This document shows positions 48,333-58,067 of a stretch of 64,000 bases of DNA, piece after piece. The notes below the pieces were generated by a model that was not told the origin of the DNA, did no database searches, and saw only the letters and a list, made by a program, of their open reading frames with translations. This DNA is from a virus, in the UHGV virus genome UHGV-0363627. The stretch is one strand, 5' to 3'. Both the position numbers and the translations under genes were made by a program. Every line of letters begins with the position of its first letter. Position 1 is the first letter of the stretch.

Positions 48333-49259
48333 CTATTCTTCTACAGTTTCAACTTCTGCATCAATAACATCATTATCATTGATAGCGATATTATCTTGAA
48401 GTTTCCACTCTAATTTTTCTTGACAACCCATCAAAATATCACTAGCAATATCTCTAGCACCAAGAGTAAATGCTCTATGACTAATCATTATTCTAGCATA
48501 TTTTTGATAAGTATCTTTTGTAAAGAAACCAGCTTGTTGAGCTTCTTGATAACTAAAATGTGATGTACATTCTTGAATATGAATTTCATTACCAATACTT
48601 CTAGCACGTTTAAATTTATATTCAGTAATATAATCAATAGGTTGTGGAGGTATTCTAAATATTGGAATTTTGTTTTGTTTAGCAATTTCAGCAGCAACTA
48701 TTCTATTAGGTGCAATAGCAAAATTACTATTCAGTTTAAATTCATCATAAACATTACCATTATAATCTTGATAATATCTAACTTGATAAACTCCAACTAT
48801 ATCTCCATTACTTTCTTTAGTTATTTCAGCAGCTTCTTTAGCTGTAGCACACTTTTTACAATACTCAGGTAGATTATTCTCATTATAAGCAATATTGCCA
48901 TCTGTATATTGATACAGACAAGTATAATCGTGAGTACATTCCCAAATTACTTGTGCCTTTGACAACAAAGCCTTGATAATATGAATATCTATTACCGTTT
49001 TACCACTGACAACATGAATATGTTCTATACAAGTGCTAAAAGGAAGAGCCAAATCTTTTGCTCTCATAAGAATAGCAAGACCATCGTTAATAGTCTTAAT
49101 ACCACCTTTCTCACTTCTTACAATTTCAGTAAGAAATCTTTTAGCAGATGCAAGTTGTTCTTCATCCAATAGATTAATAGTATCTATTGTACAATTACCA
49201 ACATCATGTTTAACAATAGCAACATCTTTCTTTTCTTTTACTTCTTTATCTTCTGTCAT
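48333..49259 (-). CDS. hypothetical protein (308 aa)
   Basis: ORF. Confidence 0.5.
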   Translation of the reverse strand: MTEDKEVKEKKDVAIVKHDVGNCTIDTINLLDEEQLASAKRFLTEIVRSEKGGIKTINDGLAILMRAKDLALPFSTCIEHIHVVSGKTVIDIHIIKALLSKAQVIWECTHDYTCLYQYTDGNIAYNENNLPEYCKKCATAKEAAEITKESNGDIVGVYQVRYYQDYNGNVYDEFKLNSNFAIAPNRIVAAEIAKQNKIPIFRIPPQPIDYITEYKFKRARSIGNEIHIQECTSHFSYQEAQQAGFFTKDTYQKYARIMISHRAFTLGARDIASDILMGCQEKLEWKLQDNIAINDNDVIDAEVETVEE

Positions 49260-49307
49260 AATGTCAAAGAGCTTTATTGTTTTTGATTACATGACAAATA
49301 TAAGCAA

Positions 49308-50678
49308 TTATTCTGAACTACCAAAACTTTGAACATAATATTTTTCATTCTCTGTAATATTTTTTATTTCATGATTTTCATTAATAGGTTTTAGTCTACT
49401 ACAATCATTTTCTTCATTTGTACCTATCATATATAATTTATAGATTTTTATTTTATCAGTATTAAAAGTAAGTTTATTATATCTATATAGAAACTCTTTT
49501 ATATTATAGCAGTTTGGCGACATGAATATAATCGCATTACACGTAATTTCTAGACTGTCTGACGAACAATTTTTAATGGATAATACTCTAATATTGTTTG
49601 AGTTGAAAGATTGCACAGAAAGGCTGGAAATGGCTTGTGCGGCGAAGTTTTTTACTTCTCCTTTTCGATTACCAGTCTTATATCTTATAAAATCTCCAAC
49701 ATTTTCATCATAAACAGGTCTAGCTTCAATATCATTATGAAATTCACCACATGATATATTATTTTTATTAAGAGTTTTATAAACTTCTGTTGCAAGAATA
49801 GTATTCTTACTAACTATTATTACTTTCTTATCTTTTAATTCTCCATTTAATAAATCTATAACTATAGGTATCTTATTTACATTATTATTTACTAAATTAT
49901 TACGTTCACGAAAAATATTATAAGCAGTAGAACATCTTTCTTCTATACTAATAGGATTAAATAAATCATCTATTTGCTTATTAAAAGGTATAGTTACATC
50001 AAGATGTTCATTCCAACCATTATATTGAGCAATAGATAATCTTACAGCTTCAGCAGATTGACCTGTAGTTTTATCTCCTACTCTAGCACGATTTATATTT
50101 TCAAGACTACCAAATATATTAATAGTTTTATTTATATAATCACTATATTTATCATATAATTCTTTTTCATCCTGTCTAGCAAATTGTACTCCAATGTGAA
50201 TTTCCTCTACGGGCAAGCTATATTTAGCTGCATATTTGGCAGCATAATCAGCTTGATTTAATATAGGAAAATATTTATAAAGATAAGCACGAGAATCAGG
50301 ATGAATTTTATCTGTTGTTATAATAAATAGTCCATATTTAATTATACTATTAATATAATTTGCTTGATACATATCAGTTAATCCAACATAAAAAGCTATA
50401 TCATAATTATAATGTACACCTATTTTTACATAAACAGAAGTAATACAAGCATAATTATTAGAACTTACATTGTTTTCTTTTAAATAATTCACAATACTAG
50501 TTCTAACATCATAATCTTTAACTACAATAAGAGCTTTTATATTTGGATTTTTCTCTATACTTCTTTTCATTATATATTCTATTAGTATAGCAGGATTATA
50601 AGGTTCAAGAAGTATACAACAACCTTTACATTTATTTTCTCTCCATTTATTTGCTATATCAATATATGTTTTATTCAT
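49308..50678 (-). CDS. hypothetical replication-block protein (456 aa); C-terminal part crosses an anomalous GC-rich segment (49520-49680)
   Basis: ORF that contains a repeat copy (SLPVEE). Confidence 0.45.
   Translation of the reverse strand: MNKTYIDIANKWRENKCKGCCILLEPYNPAILIEYIMKRSIEKNPNIKALIVVKDYDVRTSIVNYLKENNVSSNNYACITSVYVKIGVHYNYDIAFYVGLTDMYQANYINSIIKYGLFIITTDKIHPDSRAYLYKYFPILNQADYAAKYAAKYSLPVEEIHIGVQFARQDEKELYDKYSDYINKTINIFGSLENINRARVGDKTTGQSAEAVRLSIAQYNGWNEHLDVTIPFNKQIDDLFNPISIEERCSTAYNIFRERNNLVNNNVNKIPIVIDLLNGELKDKKVIIVSKNTILATEVYKTLNKNNISCGEFHNDIEARPVYDENVGDFIRYKTGNRKGEVKNFAAQAISSLSVQSFNSNNIRVLSIKNCSSDSLEITCNAIIFMSPNCYNIKEFLYRYNKLTFNTDKIKIYKLYMIGTNEENDCSRLKPINENHEIKNITENEKYYVQSFGSSE
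50204..50220 (+). repeat. 21-bp repeat copy 20, in CDS 49308..50678 (SLPVEE)
   Basis: Direct read. Confidence 0.7.
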
Positions 50679-51690
50679 CTACATCATCAAATAAAGTATT
50701 GTACATTCCACTAAATTTACGAATTTTACTCTTTCCTTTACCTTTAGGAGTAATACCTAACTTAATCGGGTCTATTAATTTCATACATTCATTATAATAA
50801 TATTTAAAATCAATATTTCTTAAACTAATATCAGTATCATCTAAAGTATTTACAACACAAACTTTAACTCCAGCTGCCATTCTTGACCTACTATTAGTAA
50901 TATTATGAACTTTTTCTATTGTATATCCATCATTACTAATATAAAATCTAACATATCGCTGACAAACTATTTTTGTAAGTATTCCATTAACAACTTTTGT
51001 TTCTTCAACATGAAATTGTCTACCAACATTTTGAGTCATACAAAAATCAAGAATATTAGTAGCTTTTTGAAGAGTTTCCATTATAGGAACTTTATTAATG
51101 AAATATTCATAAACAGCTTTAGCAACAATAGGTTTATCATATCCTTTTTGTAAGTCAATACGATACATATCTGGGTTCATTGCTCCTTTAAATTCTGTCT
51201 TTAACTTTCTAACTTCTTTCTTTTCTTCTCTAAATAAGGCTAAATAATTATTTACATTGCTAGCTATAAGACAATGAAGAATATCACTATCTGCTTCCAT
51301 TTTAGTTTTTTGTTGCCATCTAGTTGTTATATCATTAAACAATGCTTTATCTTTTTCATAAACTTTTACCATAATACCATCTGTATTAGCAGATATAATA
51401 TGTATATTATTAAGTTCAAGTTCTTCACAAAGCATAAGCATCATTAATTGACCATTTATAGTAACTCGAAGAGTAGCAAGTCTATCATAAAGTGGACTAT
51501 TTTCATCTCCAAATTTACCATATATACTATTAATGACAATTTTTAATACAAGTGCAAGCACATCTTTAGGAATACCATCAATTATAGCTTCTTCGCTATG
51601 CTTAACAGTAACACGAGTATCTTTCATCCATTGTATTAGATTACGAAATGCACTCTCAATCATATGAGCAGGAGCAACACTATATGCAGC
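50671..51690 (-). CDS. family B DNA polymerase, exon 2 (C-terminal part)
   Basis: KIVINSIYGKFG matches motif B (K-x3-NS-x-YG), and ISANTDGIMV matches motif C. The junction AAYSVAP continues motif A begun in exon 1. Confidence 0.6.
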   Translation of the reverse strand, partial: AAYSVAPAHMIESAFRNLIQWMKDTRVTVKHSEEAIIDGIPKDVLALVLKIVINSIYGKFGDENSPLYDRLATLRVTINGQLMMLMLCEELELNNIHIISANTDGIMVKVYEKDKALFNDITTRWQQKTKMEADSDILHCLIASNVNNYLALFREEKKEVRKLKTEFKGAMNPDMYRIDLQKGYDKPIVAKAVYEYFINKVPIMETLQKATNILDFCMTQNVGRQFHVEETKVVNGILTKIVCQRYVRFYISNDGYTIEKVHNITNSRSRMAAGVKVCVVNTLDDTDISLRNIDFKYYYNECMKLIDPIKLGITPKGKGKSKIRKFSGMYNTLFDDVDE

Positions 51691-52032
51691 CATAATACTA
51701 GGATAATACGACGCGCATTAACATCATAGCTTTCACTATGAACCTGACTATATCTTAATCTTATAACAAGATTTCTCGCACTTCCACATTTATTAATAAT
51801 GTGTACTCCTTTCGGATAGTCGATGAACTTTACTATTATTATATTTCACAATATAATGAGTAGTCTTAGCTGCTGATTGTCCATTATTACGATACTTAGG
51901 AATATTATTCCATATATCATCTGTTATTTCTTTTCTACTTTCGTAACTATTGCCATTTAGATTTTCATCTTCTGTTTTAGTAATAACAGCTTTAGGAGTT
52001 TCCAGCAATTCACGAGATTACGACACTGCGTC
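51691..52032 (-). mobile_element. group I self-splicing intron (ORF-less, ~342 nt) interrupting DNA polymerase motif A
   Basis: On the minus strand: P AATTGCTGGAAAC (top 51998-52010), Q AATCAGCAGC (51869-51879), R GTTCATCGACTATCC (51814-51828), S AAGATATAGTC (51747-51757). Exon 1 ends in U (..agt) and the intron ends in G of ..attatg. Splice coordinates are approximate. Confidence 0.6.
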
Positions 52033-53301
52033 ACTTATGTCAAAATGATAAATTGTAAAAGCATTATCTCTTTGTAGCTTGCCCGTAGAGGAATTGCTAG
52101 ATATATCCCATTCAGTAGTACTCCATATTTCCATTGGTCTATCTTTACTATGAAGTCCACCTGTAGCTAGAGTATAATTAACATCACCAATAATAACTTC
52201 TTTCTCAAAAGCATCTTTGCTAACTCTATATAATGTAGTCTTTTTTATTTCTTTAAGTAGTTCTTGTAACTGTGGAGTTTTAAATTCAACACAATCAAAT
52301 ATAATCTTACCTAAATTCATAGCAGTTCTTTTAGTTCTTCCATCTTTCCATTTCTCATATGGAATACCACTATATTTAGTATAAAACTTTTGAAATAAAA
52401 CATTAGCCATATTACTACGACTACTATTAAGAACATCTACTTTATAAGAAGCAGAAACAGCATATCGAGATTTAATTTCATTAGGATTAAGACGAACAAT
52501 TTCACAAACAATAAATACATCATTTTTATTATAATGCATCATATCTGGAATATATTCATCTATTATATATCTATCCCATTTATCAATTACATTGGTGAGC
52601 TTTTTATAATCATAACCTTTATATCTTGTATCTTTTGCATAATAGTGATAATCTTTATCACATATATCAGGTAATTCGTATTCAAGAAGTTCATACCATT
52701 GTAGATTTATACTAGTTTGTTTTAAGCCTTTTGGAATATATTTCTTTTCTCCAGTTTTACTATCAACAATAGTTCCAGCTTTATTCAAAGCAAACACTTT
52801 CATTACATCTACACCTTTAAACGGCAATGGATATTTTCTTAAACTTCTTAATAGAAAATCATTTTTAGCACCATCTTTATTATCTTGTAATTCAATTATC
52901 TTTTTTGATGTTTCATAAAGCCTTGTAATAAGTTCTTTTGTAGTATCTGTTTGACCAAAATACATTAATAAAGCAGCAATCATAAGATTATCATAGCTTT
53001 GACTATTATAACCATATAAATCACTACGAGGATAAAGTTCATTAGCTTTAAATCCATTAATATATTCAACCATTGAGAATAATTGACTATCATCTGTATC
53101 TGTAATATAAAATTGTTTACATTTTACAACATCAAGTCTTTGTAATAATTCTTTAACAGATATTTTTTGAACAATAGGAATTGCTTTTCCTTTACTATCT
53201 ACAACATCTTTAAAAGTATCAAGATAACTAGCTAAATCAATAAATGTTATCGAAAAAAAGTTAGGAAGTACTTCCACATCATAACATTCTATTCTTATCA
53301 T
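52033..53301 (-). CDS. family B DNA polymerase, exon 1 (exonuclease domain to start of motif A)
   Basis: YDVEV matches Exo I, YNSQSYDNLMI Exo II and YNKNDVF Exo III. It ends ..YHFDIS at motif A (D-x-x-S-x-Y..), completed by exon 2. Confidence 0.6.
52075..52095 (-). repeat. 21-bp repeat copy 21, in polB exon 1 (SSTGKL), 43 nt from the intron junction
   Basis: TAGCTTGCCCGTAGAGGAATtg. Confidence 0.7.
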
Positions 53302-53828
53302 ACATATCTTCTCATATTATAATATTTTATAGCATTAACAAAATCTGTTTTTATAGCTTTCTTTACCTCAGCTTCATTATATTTATCAAATGAAAACTTT
53401 ATATTGTAAAAACAATATTTTCCATAATTGATAATCTTATTAGAACAACCATTAGGAAAAATAGTACGAGTACTATTAATCACAATCATATATCTATAAG
53501 GAACTCTCATAAGTTCTTCATTCAATATATTGCGACAATTACTCATACTATTCTCATAAAGTTTGTATGAACAATTATAAGTAGAACATTTAATATTATA
53601 CGTAATGTAACATTGTTCAAGCATATTTCGTCCTGTATATTCAAGCCAAATAGCTTTTAAATCTTCTAATAATTTATTACGAAAATTCTTATTACCATAC
53701 ATAGGTAAAAGAATAACAATATCAGAAGTTATACATCCTATGCCAATATCAATAGTACGACCAATATTAAACATTCTATTTATACAATACTGACAATGAA
53801 TACAAGTATCAACAGTCATATAAAACAT
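53298..53828 (-). CDS. Cys-rich protein (176 aa) upstream of the polymerase, possibly UDG-family-4-like
   Basis: CIHCQYC cysteine cluster. Its position, fused or adjacent to polB, is common in crAss-like phages. This call is weak. Confidence 0.25.
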   Translation of the reverse strand: MFYMTVDTCIHCQYCINRMFNIGRTIDIGIGCITSDIVILLPMYGNKNFRNKLLEDLKAIWLEYTGRNMLEQCYITYNIKCSTYNCSYKLYENSMSNCRNILNEELMRVPYRYMIVINSTRTIFPNGCSNKIINYGKYCFYNIKFSFDKYNEAEVKKAIKTDFVNAIKYYNMRRYV

Positions 53829-54067
53829 TATAATGATAATAATTTATCTACAATATAAAGTTCACCGCACCATAAATAATTATAACTTTCAATCATAGGA
53901 GAATTAATTCTAATATCATCATAACTATTAACAATATCCCAACCTGTATTGTTATATCTGCCTATTATTATATCATTTTCTGATATACCAACAATCATAA
54001 CTTCTTCATCCGATTCATTTTTATAAGTTTTACCGAGATGTTTCTTTATAAATTCTTCAGCCGTCAT
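53828..54067 (-). CDS. small protein, tandem paralogue A (79 aa)
   Basis: EEFIKKHLGKTY..MIVGIS..IIIGRYN aligns with the neighbour's IEFVKNNLGKECH..MIVGYRN..VIIGFYN. Confidence 0.45.
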   Translation of the reverse strand: MTAEEFIKKHLGKTYKNESDEEVMIVGISENDIIIGRYNNTGWDIVNSYDDIRINSPMIESYNYLWCGELYIVDKLLSL

Positions 54068-54312
54068 AATATTTTAATATTTGATGGTCTCACATAATAA
54101 TAAGTTTTAAACATAGCAGATTGAATAATAAATTTATCACCTTCATAATTATCATTATAAGGGTCAGTCATCCATCTGTCTGTGACATAATTATAAAATC
54201 CTATAATAACATATTCAGTATTGCGATAACCAACAATCATTCCTTTATCTGCAAATTCATTTATATGACATTCTTTACCAAGATTATTTTTTACAAATTC
54301 TATATTATCCAT
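54064..54312 (-). CDS. small protein, tandem paralogue B (82 aa)
   Basis: See paralogue A. Confidence 0.45.
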   Translation of the reverse strand: MDNIEFVKNNLGKECHINEFADKGMIVGYRNTEYVIIGFYNYVTDRWMTDPYNDNYEGDKFIIQSAMFKTYYYVRPSNIKIL

Positions 54313-55261
54313 AACATATATACAATTTATTCTTACATCTACTACAAGCTACATACAATCGTCTTAACAAATCATCTACATTACTATAAGCATTACCATT
54401 TTTATCATAACACATATCATTTATATCAACAAATACATTATCATAAGTACTACCTTGGCTTCGATGACTTGTTAAAGCAAATCCATAATCTATATCTCTT
54501 GAAATAATAATCTTACCTGTATAATCAACTACATTTTCAAGCAAAAGATACTTTCTCTTAAACTCATAATATTTCTTCCAACAACTAGAACGAGTTTTAA
54601 TATCAGCATTTTTTGCTTTATTAATAAGATAATTTACCTCATCACAATATGTTTTCAATGTATAAGCATCAAAATGATTTATAACAAATAAAGGCTTAGT
54701 AACAGCTCCACCATGTATAGCTTGAAACCTTATCATAAAACCTTTAAAATTATAAGTTTCATCTTCATAATTAACTATGTCTTTAATAATATATTCTTCA
54801 CTATTATTAATAATAATATCATTAAAATCATCAACAATAGTTGTATAAGACATTATCAAATCATTTCTATTAATTATAGTCTTATCAGCATTTCGAACAA
54901 TAGTTTGACGAATAACTTTATTCCAATAAGATACAGCATTATTAGTATATGCTACCATACGATACAAATCAACATTTGTTGCAAAATTTTCATCAGAAAA
55001 TCTATTCATAACAACATTTGTAAATTCTTGTCGATTATATACTTTATATCCAACATCACCATTTATATTTTCTCTGTTTTTATAAATATAACTAAGAAAA
55101 TTAAATGTTCTATGTTTTATATCATCACGTAGCATTGCCAACAATTCAGTAACAGGATTATCTTTTTCTTGTCGTACAATTTCTTTAAGTTCGCTAGTCT
55201 TATAAGCATTTTTAAAAGCAGTACTAACTTTCTCATTTACAGGACTAAGCTGATTTGCATC
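54305..55261 (-). CDS. Dda/RecD-like SF1 helicase, exon 2 (begins DANQLSPV, motif III)
   Basis: Exon 1 ..KVLYIG joins exon 2 DANQLSPV to make LYIGDANQLSPV (motif III GD-x-x-QL-x-PV). Downstream, YGFALTSHRSQGSTYDNVFV and LYVACSR match motifs V/VI. Confidence 0.6.
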   Translation of the reverse strand, partial: DANQLSPVNEKVSTAFKNAYKTSELKEIVRQEKDNPVTELLAMLRDDIKHRTFNFLSYIYKNRENINGDVGYKVYNRQEFTNVVMNRFSDENFATNVDLYRMVAYTNNAVSYWNKVIRQTIVRNADKTIINRNDLIMSYTTIVDDFNDIIINNSEEYIIKDIVNYEDETYNFKGFMIRFQAIHGGAVTKPLFVINHFDAYTLKTYCDEVNYLINKAKNADIKTRSSCWKKYYEFKRKYLLLENVVDYTGKIIISRDIDYGFALTSHRSQGSTYDNVFVDINDMCYDKNGNAYSNVDDLLRRLYVACSRCKNKLYICYG

Positions 55262-56485
55262 CAATAATCTTATAACTTTCATTATAAGCCTGACTATATC
55301 TTAGTTGCATTATCAATATCTATATAAGGTAAAAATTGTTCTTTATATTTTTTATCAAGTTTAAAAAAATCAACAAAAACATATCCTTTATGACTCTTTT
55401 TTGTACCGTTTATAACTTGACTGACATTTTTAGGTGTAAAGCCATTATCTCTAAGGTCTTGTGAACCATAAAATATTCTAAATTCATGTTCATCATTATT
55501 TGTTATAGCTAAAGAAATACCAATATAAATTCTATTATTAGTTTTACCTGGCATATATTCATAATTTTTATCAGTATCATAATTATTTTTATAAATCCAT
55601 TGATAGCCTTTATGAATATTTCTTTTTCCTGAACAACAATCAGCTATACATCCAGCGTAAAAATGCCCAATTTCTTCCGCTTCTGTAGCTGATGCCCATT
55701 CTTTAACAATATTACCTAAAATATCTATTTGTAAAACAGGTTTTGAATTAGGATTAAGTTCATATTTATTTCCATAATTACCATTTTCTTTACCAATAAA
55801 ATGTTTGTTATAAAAATAATTTTCATTTCCTTTTTTCCCAATACAAGTATCACCTTCATTTCCATTAACTAAACAACCACCATTTTCAATACATTTGTAT
55901 TTAGCTATTAATTCTTTTTCTATAGTTATACTATCTTCAATAGATATATCTATTTTATTTATAACTACTTTAACTTTAGAAACATCTTTAACTTTATTTT
56001 TCCAAAGATTATTTCTATTATTAAAATTAAATGCTCTACTAATAGTACCTTGACCTACATAAAATGGTAGTTCTTCATCATTATAATAATGAAGATAAAC
56101 ACAAATTCTTTCTAAATCTTTAAAAGAATAATCATACTTACTAGGAATATCTTTAACGCTATTAATATTCCTTTTCTTTTTGTTAATTGTAAAATTAAAT
56201 GTAACCATATATTTATAATTTAAAAGTTCATTACAAATATATGGCGAAAATTGATAATTTGCAACTTTCTCCGTTTCGATTTTTAAAAAATCTACTCCCT
56301 TTCGGGATAGTCGATGAACTTTGTTCATTTCATAATTCACATTATTACTTAGAACCTTAGCTGCTGATTGTCATATATTATTAGTTTTTCAAGCATTCAC
56401 ACTTAGATTTTCATCTTATGTTGTAGCACTAATAACTTCACGAGTTTCCAGCAATTAGAAGAATTTTATATCGGCAATGCTATTC
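55262..56485 (-). mobile_element. group I self-splicing intron (~1.2 kb) with embedded GIY-YIG homing endonuclease, interrupting helicase motif III
   Basis: Minus-strand P AATTGCTGGAAAC (top 56444-56456), Q AATCAGCAGC (56360-56370), R GTTCATCGACTATCC (56304-56319), S AAGATATAGTC (55292-55302). The 5' splice site follows U (..atcggt) and the intron ends ..attattG. Its blocks are near-identical to the polB intron. Confidence 0.65.
55294..56340 (-). CDS. GIY-YIG homing endonuclease (I-TevI-like) with two NUMOD/IENR-type DNA-binding repeats
   Basis: ICVYLHYYNDEELPFYVGQG is a GIY...YIG motif. SKPVLQIDILGNIVKEWASATEAEEIG...GKRNIHKGYQWIYKN is one NUMOD-like module and PKNVSQVINGTKKSHKGYVFVDF a second. 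The ORF fills the intron between R and S (P8 loop). Confidence 0.65.
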   Translation of the reverse strand: MNYEMNKVHRLSRKGVDFLKIETEKVANYQFSPYICNELLNYKYMVTFNFTINKKKRNINSVKDIPSKYDYSFKDLERICVYLHYYNDEELPFYVGQGTISRAFNFNNRNNLWKNKVKDVSKVKVVINKIDISIEDSITIEKELIAKYKCIENGGCLVNGNEGDTCIGKKGNENYFYNKHFIGKENGNYGNKYELNPNSKPVLQIDILGNIVKEWASATEAEEIGHFYAGCIADCCSGKRNIHKGYQWIYKNNYDTDKNYEYMPGKTNNRIYIGISLAITNNDEHEFRIFYGSQDLRDNGFTPKNVSQVINGTKKSHKGYVFVDFFKLDKKYKEQFLPYIDIDNATKI

Positions 56486-56968
56486 ACCGATGTAAAGAAC
56501 TTTAATTTTTCTATCAGCGCAATATTTATTAATATAAGTAACTAATGCTTTATTAAGCATACTAGCTTCATCAACAATAAGAACTTTTACATTAGCAACT
56601 TTAGGCGGACCAATAGGTTTAAAAGCAGGCAAATTAGGGTCAAAATCTTCAATATTAGTATCAATTCTAAACCCAAAAGCAGCTTGTATAGTAGTTACTT
56701 TTCTACCTCCTGTAGCATTAGACAATATACGACAAGCTTTATGTGTTGGAGCAGCAAGATAAAACATACTTGAACCATATTTACTATGCTCAATTATATA
56801 ATTTGTAACAAAAGTTTTACCACACCCTGCTGCGCCAGATAATGCTTGAACATTTTTAAGTTTATTAAAATCTTCAGCTATAAAACTTATTATATTATCG
56901 ACAGCTTTTTCTTGACTAGGAGTAAAATTAGGTTTAATAGCTTTTTGGTCTAAACTAATCATATTCAA
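56486..56968 (-). CDS. Dda/RecD-like SF1 helicase, exon 1 (Walker A to motif II)
   Basis: GAAGCGKTF matches Walker A and LIVDEASML matches motif II. The ORF ends at a stop 2 codons into the intron. Confidence 0.6.
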
Positions 56969-57377
56969 AAAATACTTCTTTTATTGTATCTATATCTATA
57001 TCATTTAATAATGTATCATGATAAACTTTAGTTATAGCACATATTCTTTTATTATTAATAAAACAAATATTAGCTTTAACTTTTAACCCAATAGCAATAC
57101 TAGTATAATGTTTTGTTCCAACATCAACCGTATCTTCACCATTACGAATTATCTTTATTCTATGACCATTTTCATCTAATCTTCGAGTATAAATAATTCG
57201 TTTTCCTTTAGTAGAAATACTATTTTCATCAATATCATATAAAACATCATTTGCTTTTAACTTATATTCGTTATTAACAATAGCGATGACACCTTCAATA
57301 GTTTCTACTACATTTGTCTTAGGTTTACTTTTCTCTTTTTTCTTAATAGCAGATAAAGAGAAATTAAAAGTTACCAT
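56955..57377 (-). CDS. hypothetical protein (140 aa)
   Basis: ORF. Confidence 0.45.
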   Translation of the reverse strand: MVTFNFSLSAIKKKEKSKPKTNVVETIEGVIAIVNNEYKLKANDVLYDIDENSISTKGKRIIYTRRLDENGHRIKIIRNGEDTVDVGTKHYTSIAIGLKVKANICFINNKRICAITKVYHDTLLNDIDIDTIKEVFFEYD

Positions 57378-57381
57378 AACA

Positions 57382-57672
57382 TTATCTCTTATATTGTTTC
57401 TTACTATTAGTCATTATAGCTTGTTTCATAGTACGTTTGTTTTCCGTTCTATCCTCTACGGGCAAGCTATCCTGAACTTCAACCACTTCATCATTTGTCA
57501 TAATTCTTGTATATCCTTTATAATTACATAAGTAATCAATTTTTCCAGATATAGAATTACTCATTCTCACACCTTTACTAATTCTAACAGTTTTGTCATT
57601 AGTTACAATTTTAATTCCATTAATTGCTTTCAGTGCTTTGATAACACTTACTTCATCATAATTTTTTGCCAT
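57382..57672 (-). CDS. hypothetical protein (96 aa); contains a repeat copy in frame (SLPVED)
   Basis: ORF. Confidence 0.45.
   Translation of the reverse strand: MAKNYDEVSVIKALKAINGIKIVTNDKTVRISKGVRMSNSISGKIDYLCNYKGYTRIMTNDEVVEVQDSLPVEDRTENKRTMKQAIMTNSKKQYKR
57453..57468 (+). repeat. 21-bp repeat copy 22, in CDS 57382..57672 (SLPVED)
   Basis: Direct read. Confidence 0.7.
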
Positions 57673-57746
57673 ACTTTACATAAGTTTTAAATTAAACAAT
57701 AATATTAATAAAAGCAGAAGCAACACTAGTTACTTCTGCTACAAAA

Positions 57747-57765
57747 TCTCCCCCGTAGAGGAATG
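57747..57765 (-). repeat. 21-bp repeat copy 23, variant (TCTCCCCCGTAGAGGAATG), intergenic
   Basis: Direct read. Confidence 0.55.
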
Positions 57766-57770
57766 TTAGA

Positions 57771-58067
57771 CTAATCAACCAACTCTAGTCCTAACATCTC
57801 TGCAACAACATTATACTGTTCTTTTTCAAAATCTTCATCTTCTTCATAATGTTCAGCATCTTTAATAAATTCTTCATAACATTCTTTACAAAATGCCATA
57901 TTAAGAACAGCTATAAAATATATAATCTCATTATCATCTTCAATAAGTTTATTACATTGGTCACAAATAAGTTTATTACCATAACCAAACTTACATTTAT
58001 TTCTTGCTTCATCTAAAGTCAATTCTATAATAAGAAATCCTTTTTCATTTTCTATCTTTTTTACCAT
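57771..58067 (-). CDS. small Cys-containing protein (98 aa; CDQC...CKEC zinc-binding-like)
   Basis: ORF. Confidence 0.45.
   Translation of the reverse strand: MVKKIENEKGFLIIELTLDEARNKCKFGYGNKLICDQCNKLIEDDNEIIYFIAVLNMAFCKECYEEFIKDAEHYEEDEDFEKEQYNVVAEMLGLELVD

Noticed and set aside
51793-52008. 71-aa ORF inside the polB intron
   Set aside because: It overlaps the intron P/Q/R structural blocks and has no endonuclease motif. Its ..KVHRLSE.. similarity to the GIY-YIG N-terminus just reflects the shared R-element nucleotide sequence.
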